A stretch of DNA of 49,831 nt, the filler included, from Perkinsus olseni (taxonomy: Eukaryota), in assembly GCA_013115125.1 (NCBI GenBank). It is 2 parts of 2 records of this genome, joined end to end, with 100 filler letters (N's around TTAATTAATTAA, not from the genome) between each part and the next. Parts side by side here need not be neighbours in the genome. Positions count along the whole stretch, not along the records: positions 1 to 24,923 come from JABANN010000503.1; 1 more part is not named here. The stretch is one strand, 5' to 3'. This document shows positions 1-13,000 of the stretch, piece after piece; position 1 is the first letter of the stretch, and each line of letters begins with the position of its first letter. The position numbers and the translations under genes were made by a program. The notes beneath the pieces are model-generated. The model saw nothing but the letters and a program-made list of their open reading frames with translations, was not told the origin of the DNA and did not search any database.

Positions 1-39
1 ACAGGTTCGTCTTCTGGCCCATACCCGATGTTACTTGCC

Positions 40-118
40 CAACCACTACGACCACGACTACCACTACTCCTACTACTACCACTACTCCTAGTACTACCAC
101 AACTACCACTACTACGAT
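40..118. repeat. Low-complexity CTA/CCA trinucleotide-type repeat; reads as a Ser/Gly/Arg-rich stretch on the minus strand, possibly part of a gene running off the window edge
   Basis: ccactacgaccacgactaccactactcctactactaccactactcc...; the minus frame is open (SSGSCGSTRSSGSSRSSGSRGRSG) to position 1. Confidence 0.5.
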
Positions 119-1225
119 TACTGAGGCAACTTGCACTTGTGCCCCATGCACTTGTGACGTTCAGGCTCATCAGTGAGTCCATCGAGAGAAGTTATCGCCT
201 GTGTGAGCGAGCATTTTCACTAATTTCAATTACGTTCAGCCATGTGTGTTTGACTTTTTTTCTTTCTTCTTTGCTGCTGTTGTTCGTCAAGAATACCGGC
301 AGTTCGTGTGTTGCCTAATTTTACTCTATGAGGGATATATTGACTTGTGTTGTCGCTCGAGTTTGATGACGACGAGACGTGAATATCAGCTATCACTGGA
401 CAGCTGGTTGAAATTCATTTCTTACCACGGGGAGTCGGCTTGGTCGGTAACTTTCGTGAAGAGAGATGCGCGATGATATCCTCTCACCACCACATGATGC
501 CCGTTGTGCGTTAAGCGAATGCTGCATAATAGTGTGTTGAAGCAGACGCGCTGAATAGTTCAACTTGAGTACGAAGGAGGGTAAAGGGTCTCAATAAGCC
601 ATATAAGTGTCGTCGTGCATTGTTTAGTCGATACCGAAGTGTGGAAGGAGTGGTATCCGGATTTACTAGCGAGTATCCAATGTTGTTGCGGGTCACGACA
701 AGAAAGCAAGCCAAGAACAGAGAACACATCTGATCTGCTAATGGGTTCAATTCATTGAGCTTGGTCGAATAGGGCGTGCGCGGATTGCGCACCGCCAACG
801 CTCTGGCTAACAAAGTTCGAGAAAGGTTTGTGGTTGGAGACCTTGACGAGTGGTTATACCCGAGCCCGCCCTCCCTCCCAACAAGCGTCACTCCTAGCCT
901 GCACGAAATACGACAAGACGACAAGGGAAGTCCAACGACCACCCGCCATTAAGTCATTTCAACAAACAGACTCGGTTACTCTCATAACTGCAATAGGAAC
1001 GGATAATAAAGTGCAACCGGATTGACCCGATATTGGTAGCAGCTCGACTGGCAAGCAAAAGTGAAGACAAGCTTGTGGTGGTGTTGTACGAGGTAGAGAA
1101 GGTCCTGCACGGATGTTCAGAGGGTACAACGGTCGTACCTGCAGATGAGGCTCAGACACCTTGGAGGGGATTCCAGTCACACGTTCAGGTGGCAGAATGA
1201 GGTATAAAGAGCCCCCTCAAGGGAC

Positions 1226-4200
1226 TCACCAGCTGCCCTTTCGGAGGAGAACAGCAGCCGCACCGAGGACCCCGACGCCCCCAATCACGAATGATGCCGC
1301 ATCGCTGCCGAAGAGAGAGTTGAGTGGACCCCCGAGCTGACAAGACCGTCGTTAGTCGTGGAAGGTGCATCGAGACTTACGAGGGCTACGAATATCTGCG
1401 GCAGGCAGATGGACAAATTGAGGGCCCCCATGTAGGTCCCGGGTTTGGAGGAATCGTCGGCAACTCTCTGGGCAATACGACCAGTCAGCGCGAAGGGAAC
1501 TGTCATCGCTAATGCTCCTCTGACGGAGATAAAGAAATTAGTACAACAAAAAACAGGTGTGATGCGACTTACAGTGGCCCAGCCAAGGCCAACCATGTTT
1601 GGACGCCTGCGATGGTGCCAGTAAAGACTCCAACAGCAAAAAGAATGGAGAGGAGGAGGATGAGAGCGAGGCCCAGGAGGGAGCATCCCCATATCATCCA
1701 CAGTCGGGGGTTCAACATCTGGGGGAAGCGGACCTGAGGGAGGTCGTGTACGGGTAGGTGGTATCTGTGGACGGAGACCGCTCACCCCGATGATTGAGAA
1801 AAGGGCAGAAGCCATCGCCGAGAGAATTGATCCGTGAAAGATACCGCGCGCCGCGATATTAAGGTTACGTTCATACACTTGACTATCGTCCGACGGGTTG
1901 GGGAGGATCTGAGAATCCAACGAGCTCATAAGATGCATGGGTCAACCTAAGATACCTGAGCTGCTATGAAATGCGAGCGATAGATGCAGAGGCTGAACCA
2001 ACCGAACCAAGATAGCGCCATAGCTCCGATGATCGTCCGGAAAGCACCGGAGTCTGTCCGAATATCTTGGTAATACTGAGTCCAGCCGGAGAACACGGGG
2101 CTCGGCTGCTCAACCTATAAAGAAGATGTTTCAACGGGATGGATGATCTTCGGGGGAGGCACCTGGTCAAGGTCCTGAGTAGTTCTTAGAGCCTCGTATC
2201 GAGCTGTATCACGAGACTTCCACAGCATAGCCGAGACAGAGATCGATGCGGTGACGAGGACGATGAAGGCGTCCACTATCACCGACACACGTAGACCATA
2301 GCACCCAGGTACGAATTCCACAGGGCAGCTTCCTCCTGAACATTTTCGAGGGCATATCTGACAGGAGCATATCAAAATATTTTCTCCGGTTTGAGGGCAC
2401 ACGAAATTAAATTGCATGCTGCGTTATAGAACACTTCATGATCGGTTCAATGCGCTCATGTTCACTCTGGCTAAGGTATACGTAAATGGTCGAATGATAT
2501 TGTTTCATATCTTCGTCGAAAATTCTTCGACATAATTTTACCCTCGATGAGGAAAAGGTCACGGAAACGAGGCACACATTGCAACGGCTCAACGGAAACT
2601 GTTCCACTATGAAGCGGAGAGATTAAGCAATTGATAGAGTCTTTCACGAGCACGGCGCGCACCGTAGGCGTCGTGATAGCCCTTGAGCTTATCCGACAAG
2701 GATGAGCAACCAGCAGATCCCCCGAGGATGTGTCATCACCAGCTTTGATCGTAGGTATTTAGAGGAAGGCTGTCGACGTTTCTGGATGAACCGAGCGACG
2801 GCACTGTGAAGAGTACGATCAACCCGTGGCACTTCGGCAAGCCCACCGTCTGCGAATACACGGCTTGGAGCGGCTTACCATGAGCTGCTCGTATAAGAAT
2901 ACCAGGCGCTGCTTGAGCTCGAGAACAGTCTAGCCGAACCGGGCAGCAACCTCCTCGGAGGAGGTTCGGGCGTCCCGTCGGGACGGTCCCGATAATCAGG
3001 CATCATAAGCCAGAGGGCTCGCACGGCTGACAAGCCTGGGACCTCTGGGACGCCATCCCGGAACTGCAGTCATGACGAAGTGTCCACTCACTCTAGCTCG
3101 TACTCGACGCAGGAGGAATGCGGCAATTCACAAACGTTGCAAGTCAGTGATCAAGTCACCAACAGTCTCCCCTGACTCCAACCTGCACCCTATAGCATGT
3201 ATGGCCCCGCAGCGAGACCAGCACAACTAGAGGGGTCAAATGTTATGAGTTTCGACCACCAACAAAATTGAAGCTCGGCAGGTGGACTGGTCACCGGCGC
3301 TACCCTGAGTTTCAGCTTCGCCCTCGGCCGGAACAGCGTCAGTCTTCCCCATCTCCGGCCGCAACCGTTAATGGCGGCCAAGGAACACCAGTCAGTTGCG
3401 ACAACTCCCCAGGGGCTGAGAAGTCGCAGGTCCATTTGAGAAATTCAGCAACGTGAGGCGAGCTTATCGCAGTACGGATACGCACGGCCAAGAACCATTG
3501 TGCTAGACATTTAGTAACAAGAGTGTCAATGGCCGATTGTCGAGCGTTCAGGATGAGAGATTAACTGATTTGAAGAAGCCATTTATATGTACGACTCGTG
3601 AGTTTCTTATCGCCTCCCAGGAGGATACCTCCGAGCCAAGATCAATCCACGATGCTTCCGACCAGTCCCGACTGGCTATCCATCCCGCACACAGTATCCC
3701 GAGATCGCTTCTGAGAGGGAGCAGTGAATGGACGAGCCACGAGTTTGCAAGCAGCAGCTCACATGAACGTTTGAGTGAAGAAGCCGGCGGAGAGATGTTT
3801 GCTGGGAGCTACGTCGACGAGGGCCGACCTGCTCACAACCATAACCACGTTGGCTGCAGCGTCGTAGATCCAAAATATGATTATTAAAACCGCCAATCCA
3901 CCAATATGGGAAGGACCTGACGTTTGTAATGGTAGAGAGTCGCAGCAGCTCTCAGGAGGCTATGCAAGATGGATATGAACGTGTTCGACCAAGCGCCCTG
4001 ACCCACCTTGATCACCGAGAAGTGCTCCCACTTCTACTGAGTATCCGATAATTACTGTACAGACACTCAGAGCCAACGCTCCTACTATTAGAAAAGGCGC
4101 CCGGCTTCGTCCGCTGCCGTGAGAGACATACCGATCGGACCAGCGACCAATTAAGGGTTGAACGATCATACCTGAGGGAGGCCGGAGAGACGAAGCAGCG

Positions 4201-4468
4201 GGAGTATACTTACCGGTGATGGGCCCGCATAACCAGACAAGAGAACTCAACGACTCCGATAACCCCATTTTGATGGCGATTGGAATGGAGAAAATTCCCC
4301 TGAGGTGAAGGGCATCGAGCACGTGGCTGCATGGCCTCAGCACTACTGCAGAGTCATCGAGCACGACGTAGCGAAGAAGGTGATGCCCGTAAGGCAGAGC
4401 CGTATCCATTCGGTAACAGAGATATCCTCTGGAATTCCCGAGCCCTCCTCGGTGGGTTCCTCCGTCAT
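1226..4468 (-). CDS. Sucrose/H+ symporter-like MFS transporter (SUT/SLC45, GPH family), multi-exon
   Basis: Spliced exons give MTEEPTEEG...LQGIFSIPIAIKMGLSESLSSLVWLCGPITGMIVQPLIGRWSDR...RAPFLIVGA, IFWIYDAAANVVM, ALSWFGWF, MTVPFAL...GTYMGALNLSICLPQIFVAL and GGPLNSLFGSDAASFVIG. These match the SUT hallmarks WLCGP, QP.+G..SD, W..WF and G...G.LN..I..PQ. Introns are GT-AG and include one of 1271 bp (2358-3628). The 3' end is approximate. Confidence 0.88.
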
Positions 4469-4804
4469 GACAAAAAACTGTTGCGAGCAGGATGTGTCCC
4501 CGGGGAACCACACCAGGTTTGTCGAAGCACTCGGAAGTATCCTAGGAATTCCGGCCCGGCGAAAGGCCAGCGAAGCTATAAAACTCTCACTGTAGTCGAG
4601 TTTGTTCCACTCCTGTAGCCGCAAATTACCATTACGACCATGATCCTCAGCAGACGGGACGACAGGCTTCGAGCTACGCTGCCCCTCCACCCCTACCAGT
4701 GCCCCGAGAGCACGGCGTGTTATATACGAGCCCTTCCTGTGTGAATAGGAACTCCACTTCAACGCAATCGTATAAGATAACTCAGAAACAGAACATGACA
4801 TGCC

Positions 4805-5165
4805 TTCTGGCCGCTAGGACCATCGAAGGTCCAGTGGTATCTTTTCCTTGACCACCTTCTTGGTAACGGGGTCTCGGACGATCCTCTCCATTGAGCCAGC
4901 CCAGAGACTATGGCGATTGGGCTTGAAACTTGACTTGTACTCCTAAAGATCAGTCAGTGCTACGTTTGCCAAAAGGAGCTCTAGTGACTGCGAGAAACCC
5001 TGAGTTCGATTCCTGGAAGATGCAATTCTCTTTCGATAAAATGTCCCCGCGGGAAACCTCGTAATCTGCATCAACGGAACTAGTCAGCGAAACTCAGAAA
5101 CTAACAGTAACTCGTTGCGACGTCGATGCGGGATGCCGGGATAGAACCAGGGGCCTCTCGATTAC
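4805..5165. pseudogene. Cluster of degenerate tRNA-like fragments (tRNA-Gly-like 5' and 3' pieces)
   Basis: Plus strand: CCATCGAAGGTCCAGTGGTA (A-box-like, ~4820-4839) and TTGCCA...TGCGAGAAACCCTGAGTTCGATTCCTGGAAGATGCA (~4966-5024). Minus strand: GAGAGGCCCCTGGTTCTATCCCGGCATCCCGCA (~5126-5160). No intact cloverleaf. Confidence 0.45.
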
Positions 5166-6343
5166 CCATTTATATTCGACATTCCTCCACCGCATAACGT
5201 CTTCCCCGCGATAGCCAAACCGTTTACTATGCTTATCCATCTTCTCATCGGGCTGATAGACAAACGAACCATTGAGGCCTCACCCATGCCATCCGCGCCA
5301 TCCGCCGACCGAGCACTTTCCACACAGAGACAGGTCGCAACGGACGAGCGGCAATCGATAACGGCGACCAGTCCATGGCCTACCAAAGACTTGTTCAATT
5401 TCTTTGGATAAGACCGCACCATGGTGACCTGTCCATTAGCCATAACTGATATCCGATATTCATCTGAAAGATACGACCTTGCTCAAGGGGGCCCTCCCTC
5501 AGCCGCGAGGATGCAAGACAGTGTGTAGTAGTGAACAAAGCATGCACGAGCACCGTGCTCTCTTGCAACAATCGGTGGTGTGCTGTTCAGCGGTAGCATA
5601 TCCGCTTACTTAGTTTGGGTTTGATATTAGGATGTACTTCAGGAGACTTCATTATCCTCCTCGTGGGACGCCTGAGGGCGACAAATTAAGATACAGCTCC
5701 CAGTGAGCCAGAGTGAGGGAAAGAGCGCACCGCACCATGAGGCTCCTTGAGAAAGACATCCGATCGAGACGCCCAAGACAAGACTGATGACGTAGCCTCC
5801 CCACACGTCACCGCAATAAGCGTGACATCAGGGTTCAGCCAGGCACGCAGTCACCACCCCGTACCGACGTCAATCGGAGCACTACAGTACCATAAATCCC
5901 GCTCATCGTGATGAGCGATGGGAGTCGGACAAGACTCCCTCACTCTAACGCACTCGCTTTCACTTTACCACATTTCCCGTGTATCCCCCCAGAAAGTAGC
6001 TGTTTCTACCCCACACGAAGTTCCCCAAGGCAGCCCCCCTCACGCAAATCCGCATGTCCGGCCAGGGGTGGTAGGAATGTATCGCCGAGCATCCATGGCG
6101 TAATGCCGGCTTCTCAATAGCCCCGCTGAGGGACGCAGAAGGGTGGCCATGCCCAGAGACCCGACACTTGATAACAAGAAAGAATTAGTGAGAGATGACG
6201 AGCCCGTTAGATGTTGATTGAGTAACACCACGACGGAGGGGATAAGAAACCCGGTAATGAGGAATACTAATGAACAGTGTGTTCAGAAATCGTGCCTGGT
6301 GGTGAGCAAAACTGCACAACATGCAGCGCTTCGCTCCGCCTAT

Positions 6344-9009
6344 CTACTCGGCCTTTTGCTCATCAAAGTGTGACTTTGCGTTGGCGAGGTCCGATACCGG
6401 TATGTCTATTTGTACACGTGCCTCCGAATCACCTGAATGGTCCACGAGAGATGAGGACGAGTTACCCCCCTCCCGCCGCTGCTGACCTGTGCGGAGATCC
6501 TTAATGCGGACCTTACCCGCCTCCCATTCACTTGGTGCTACGAACGCTATCTTATCGGCACCAACACGATCCGCATATCTGACAAGTACATCAATGAGAT
6601 TTAGTGAAGAGATGTTATGAGAGACGCTTGCACGCATGCACAAGTTATTCGCCCTACCTGAACTGCTTATCAACACGCTTGCCCGCTTCGAGCATCATGT
6701 CCACAGCGGCTCCGCCAGACCTAGAAAATTCACAACCAGAAGTGCTTCGCTCCGCTAAAGGACCTTCCCTTACCTAAGGCCAGCAGCGACCTCCAAAGCC
6801 TGACCATACATTCCCTTGTAGGCTGCAACGACGAAGTCAACCCGATGGGGGATGTCAGGAAGGAGACCACGCTCTGAAGCATTGATGATTCCCGCGCGCC
6901 ACGAAACTGCCGACACTCCTACCTAGGAGGAGCTCATAGATCACACAGTCACCAAAGCCGAATCCAACGCACGGTATCTCCGATGGGGCTCCGTACAGGG
7001 ACAGGAGTCTAAAGAAGATGCAACCTTCTTCAGCGCAGGAGGATCTCCGAGGCCCTCACCTGTCGTAACGTCCGCCACCCGCTATGGCGCGTAACTCACC
7101 CTTACGGTCGAACGCCTCCCAGACGATACCTGCTCAGTGACAATACCACCTCTCAATAAACTTAGGACAGCCAAAGCAAATGGTAACCAGCGAATCGATA
7201 CTGAGTGTATGCCGCCCACCTGTATAATATGCGAGGCCTCGGACAACAGATGCATCAAAGACGAGCCAGTCGGCGAATCCGTAGTTCTTAGCGAACTCGA
7301 AGAGCCTCTCGACGTCGGCGACATCTGAGGACAGAGAGAATACCATTTGATGACCGACTTGACCAACAAGCTGAGATCCTCCACCCTCACCTTCAGCACA
7401 GCTCTCTCCGGCAATCTCCTTGAACTCCTCAATCGAGCCAGCGGCAGTGGCGTCGACCACACGCTCTGATGGAAACGATAAGACCGACGGTAAGGAGGGG
7501 GGCTACTCACCAGCAACGGCCGTCTGCAGACCGATGTCCTCCACCATCTGCCTCACCACCTACCACGGTACACCGAGTGCCCGAGGTTGGAGGGGCTCCT
7601 AGTTCACGCTTACCTCCTCCCGTCCAACCTTATCGATCTTATCGACGACAACACAGACCTTAGCGAACTCATCAGCCCCGACACCAGAGGCCTTCAACAC
7701 AGACTGGAGGATGGCTCGGGAGTTCACTCTGAGGAGAGGTGGGGCATGATGGGCCATTGATGGATGCAAAGCGCTTCTTACTTGATACCAACATCAGCGC
7801 TGGTTAGGCCGACCTTCTTGAAGAAGCCGACCATCGTCGCGAGGAGCTCAAGCTCGGCGGTGATATCAGAAATGCCTGAGGTGAGGGAAGGGTTCGGTAG
7901 GTGGATGAACGAAGGGCGTCTCACCAACGATATCGCAGTTCCACTGATAATGTTCACGCTTACGACCACGCTGAGTCGTCTCGAATCTCCAACACTGTGG
8001 GATGGAGAACCACTTCAGAGGGAGGACCTGATGGACAGTTAGCAGGAAATAATCCTCAAGGCAGGATACGGCATCCGCGATCAGTCGGAGAATACGAAAG
8101 CCGGGCGGCTACTCGGACGCTCGAGTCTCAACAGCGGAGCGAAGCACGACGAGTGACCCTCACCTCGGCCATCTGTGCAGTGGCATTATGGCTGCCCTCG
8201 GCACTCATCCTAACCCTCGACAGGACCATCCTCGCCAGGGTCGGCGTCATCTCCGGTCGGAGCGTTACCCGATGGTCCTCCTTATCAACGAAGTTGTACC
8301 TATAACGAAGTTGTAACGGAGTCCCGATGACTAGTCAGGAATTTCGTGGCGCGCGACAACGCTTCTGGACGAGTAAAGGTTATTACGAACAAATCTCCCG
8401 AAAAACGACACAAATTGTGTGACAAAATTACTCCGATTCCAAACAAATTTCTGATCAAGGCGCCAGCCCATACGCTTAGCAGCGGCCGCAACCCATCCGG
8501 TCTCCGACTAGCACCACCCGTCTATTACATCTGCTCGACAATCTCCTCTCCAGCCTTCCTCTTGTAGAGGTCCTCATTCTCGAGTACGGGAGCGTCGTAC
8601 TCAGAAAACCCGTATTGGGTCGATACAGAGCGCCACTGACTGAAGAGCCAGTTCTGAAGAGGACTCAACATGACTAGACGAAGTGGCGACCACCATGCAG
8701 GTGGGAAGGCTGGGATGAAGACAAATCTGTTCTTCACTTACTCGAACGCGCATGTCCTCCGGGAAGAAGTCCCGAGTGCCACTAGGAGGGTCGAAGGAGA
8801 TAACTGAATTGAAGAACCTGTTAACGATTCCACCGTTCATGGCCGGTATTACCATTCTCGAATTCTGGCTGCTTGTTGCCTCCCTTCTTAGCGGCCTTCT
8901 TCGCGAGTTTCTTAGCTTGCTTCTTGGACATACCCTCAGGGACGACGAGCTTCTCGGTGGTGCTTGGCACTGCTACCTCAGGAGCGGCGGCGGCCGGAGT
9001 CGAAGACAT
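6344..9009 (-). CDS. HARS: Histidyl-tRNA synthetase, copy 1 (compact introns)
   Basis: Exons encode [97 protein letters not shown] and an anticodon-binding tail [31 protein letters not shown] at 9009, stop at 6344. Confidence 0.95.
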
Positions 9010-9548
9010 GTTTATGGTCTCGAAGTAAACCAGGCTGAACAAATCAGTCCAACTGAGTCGTGTGGACGAAGCCTCGCGAACTCTTCAAACTGTGGAGCAA
9101 TGGTGCTGGTATCGCGCTCCGCTTCTCAATGACCTCCCGCCGATCGATGCCGCGCAAGGGTTTGTATTCCGGAGAGCAAGAGCAGTCATCGCCCCGCCGA
9201 GCTAAGGCCGTGCTACCGACCACTAGAAAGAGAAATTATGCGGTAGCGGTGGATGTAGGTACGATTTCCCTTCCCTCCGACTCCCTACACGCCCCCAGCA
9301 AGATTTCAGTTGACGAGGACCCGTGCTTTGATAGGTAATATACCATCCTCTGTGGTGCCGTATACTCCCTACACAATATAAGGGACAGTGCCACCGGGGA
9401 CCTGGGACACTAATCGATCAACTGGGCGAGCGCTAAATGCGAGAGCTCTCGACAAACATACATCAATTCTTTCTTTACCGCCATACCCTACCGACCGTGA
9501 GTAACGACTATGACGATTAATTCCGATAAATTCTGGCGATTCACGCGA

Positions 9549-9585
9549 GCACTCACCGGGGATCGAACCCGGGTCCCCGCAGTTA
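9549..9585 (-). pseudogene. Isolated tRNA 3'-half-like fragment (anticodon 3' stem, variable loop, intact T-arm)
   Basis: Minus strand ACTGCGGGGACCCGGGTTCGATCCCCGGTGAGTGC: T-stem CCGGG/CCCGG around TTCGATC. No matching 5' half is adjacent. Confidence 0.5.
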
Positions 9586-10028
9586 GCTAAGAAGGTTCTA
9601 CTGGGATATGACAGCTCGCTAGTCAAAGTAACAGAGACATTCACATCGACCTCACCTGAGATTACCTTGCGGACCTGCTGCTGCTGAGCGTGACAGTATC
9701 GTGAATAGGCCACCACGGGAGGATATGGCCGCTGTCACTCGATCAGACCGTACCCACCTCACCTCTTCGATTAGACCGCCCTCTATGCGACATCTGCTGC
9801 CACGGCCGTAAACGGTTGATCACAACGTCACCACATCAAAGGGAGCTGCAGTTTTCGCGAAGACCGCAAAAGGGAGCTCATCGCACCGGAAAGGAATTCA
9901 GTTTCCTCCAACAAGACGACAGCATCTTCTCGAGAACGAGAAACTTGATCGAAAACAACAATCGCACAGGTCCAGCATGTTTTATTTCTCACGAGTAGCG
10001 GCAACATGCAGCGCTTCGCTCCGCCTAT

Positions 10029-13000
10029 CTACTCGGCCTTTTGCTTAAAGTATGACCTTGCGTTGGCGAGGTCCGATACCGGTATGTCTATTTGTACACG
10101 TGCCTCCGAATCACCTGAATGGTCCACCAGAGATGAGGACGAGTCGACCTCCTCCCGCTGCTGCTGACCTGTGCGGAGATCCTTAATGCGGACCTTACCC
10201 GCCTCCCATTCACTTGGTGCTACGAAAGCTATCTTATCGGCACCAACACGATCCGCATATCTGACAAGTACATCATGAGATTTAGTGAAGAGATGGTATG
10301 ATAGACGCTTGCACGCATGCACAAGTTATTCGGCCTACCTGAACTGCTTATCGACACGCTTACCCGCCTCGAACATCATGTCCACAGTGGCTCCGCCAGA
10401 CCTGATTACAGAGAGCAATAGGGGACTTCCTCCGCCCCGAGTGCAAAGTGGGATTGGTCCTTCCAATTATGACGAGGAAGAAAGACGCGCGCTCAGTGAT
10501 TTCTGTGAACCCTCTTTAGTATTACTCGGTGAGTAGACCAGGGCTCGACAACCAAACAACTTTGAGAGAAGAACATCCGCTACTAACACGTCACCAGCGC
10601 GCGTAAATAATTCATTAAGTGGCCTGGAAAAACTGAGGCAGCCTCAGTTGTGCGTCATCTTTCGTCAACAAGAGCTGGCTCGACCGACGCGAGATCCGAT
10701 CGCTGTTATAGAGCGGCTCTGTACTTCAGCAGTTCCCTTCTCGAACCAAACCGAGGTACCCTTTATATGATAGACCGTATTGTAGATCAGTAAGCCTGAC
10801 TAGTACACTGTTGAGAGCCGCAGTGAAGCTGCACCATCGGAACGGTGAGACGCTGAACCCGAAGGGCAAGCGACTGTGTGCATAAATCGGTCGAGCACCT
10901 AGAACCCAGGTAACATCTAAGGAAAGGCTCTCACTAGTTTCACTTCCGTATGACGAGTAGTCATTAGCTCAAGATCCACCTGATGTCCTGCAGCGTGGGC
11001 AATGTGATCGTCTCGGGCATTCTGACTCTGCGGTTGACGCCAGTGCTCCTGTAGTCTTCCACGATCCTGACCGCCCTTCGGACCGCCTGACCGCCACTTC
11101 GGGATCATCGCCATCCGTGCAGAGCATAAGTCTAACATCTCGCCTAACATCTCGCAGCCGCCGATGGCTACCGCCCAGCGAGTCTCCCCTCAGGGGAGTC
11201 CCCTGCTATCTTCTCCCGGGCAAAACGGAACTGCCAGTTTCGCGTCTGTTTCATATATTTCTCTCCAAGAATTTCAGACTGAGACCTTCGACGGCGCTGG
11301 TCATATGGAAACCGCAGCTTCCAGCAGTTTTGTGATCTCCAGATGAATTTCAGACAGCGTCTGGTGATGGTATGTGGTACAGGGCTTACCAGCTACATGT
11401 AGGATGCTTACAGAAATGTGTTGTGCAACTGCTCAGCAGTCACTCCAAGTCAGTGGCCGAGTGATAGTAGTGGTATGAGTCATCATACTACTGTAATTTT
11501 GCAGGGCATGACCGGACAGTCCGGTCAGGACTGCACGGAACAATTATTTTGGTGGTTGTTATGGAAGTAGTAACACATCTTGACTTAAGGAGCTCGAGGA
11601 AGCAGCGAATCCCAATGGTTCAACACTTATCGAGCCGGAGATAAGGAAGGATTTGTTGCGCTTCAATAAAGGCTCAGAGTGATACCGTTGGGAAAGTGGT
11701 CCACTCTGTCACAGAGTTGCCCTTACCTCAGGCCAGCAGCGACCTCCAAAGCCTGGCCGTACATTCCCTTGTAAGCCGCTACGACGAAGTCGACCCGATG
11801 GGGGATCTCAGGAAGGAGACCACGCTCTGAGGCATTAACGATTCCCGCGCGCCACGAAATTGCGGACACTCCCACCTAGGAGGAGCTCATAGATCACACA
11901 GTCACCAAAGCCGAATCCAACGCACGGTATCTCCGAAGGGGCTCCGTACAGTGACAGGAGTCTGAAGAAGATAAAACCTTCTTCAGCGCAGGAGGATCTC
12001 CGAAGTCCTCACCTGTCGTAACGTCCGCCACCCGCTATGGCGCGTAACTCACCCTTACGGTCGAACGCCTCCCAGACGATACCTGCTCAGTGACAATACC
12101 ACCTCTCAATAAACTTAGGACAGCCAAAGCAAATGGTAACCAGCGAATCGATACTGAGTGTATGCCGCCCACCTGTATAATATGCGAGGCCTCGGACAAC
12201 AGATGCATCAAAGACGAGCCAGTCGGCGAATCCGTAGTTCTTAGCGAACTCGAAGAGCCTCTCGACGTCGGCGACATCTGAACAGGATGACGATGCTAAT
12301 GAAGATAAATCTTTGTTCGCGGCAAGGAAAATAGCATTCCTGGACGAAAGTAGAGTGCAAAAGCCTGCTGCCGAGAGGTTCGCCGCTGCGAGGGAGAAGG
12401 ATTCCTTTTCTCTCCTTTCAAAAGAAGTTCCAGAATCTATTCCTAATACCCTCGAGCCTTTGTCTTGGACAGCGCTATGAGCTATGAAGCAATTGGACGG
12501 ATGCTCAGACCAACCCTCACTCACCTCTCACCTTCAGCGCAGTTTTCTCCGGCAAGCACCTTAAACTCCTCAATGGAGGTAGCAGCAGTAACATCGACTA
12601 CACGCTCTGATAACAGGGACAATTAAAACGCTCTCAACATGAAGTGGAAATGAAAATCCTTTGGCAGATCAAAGATAATTCCGATCGATTGTTCTGCCTC
12701 ACAAGGGAAAGAATGTTGATCGAAGATGAGCCTACGAAGGGAGCTCACCGGCCACGCAAATCTGCAAGGAGATATCCTCGACCATCTGCCTGATCACCTA
12801 CACAGCAGCAGGAAGGTCTCCTATCTGTCAACAAAAGTGCAGTAAAGAAGGAAGTAAATTTATACTAGTTTGGGCAGAACCGTCAACTAATGGTCTCGAG
12901 TCTCGATGGTCTCACCTCCTCCCGTCCAACCTTGTCAATCTTATCGACGACAACACAGACCTTAGCGAACTCGTCAGCCCCGACACCAGAGGCCTTTAAC

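Noticed and set aside
600-1180. Possible decayed integrase tail (RERFVVGDL on the plus strand)
   Set aside because: Single short motif among stops; cannot be supported without a search
5577-5615. tRNA 5'-half-like piece as trans-splicing partner of the 3' half at 9549-9585
   Set aside because: Acceptor stems are not complementary and no pairing leader sequences are seen
5898-5922. Hairpin cgctcatc-gt-gatgagcg
   Set aside because: Short isolated inverted repeat with no functional context
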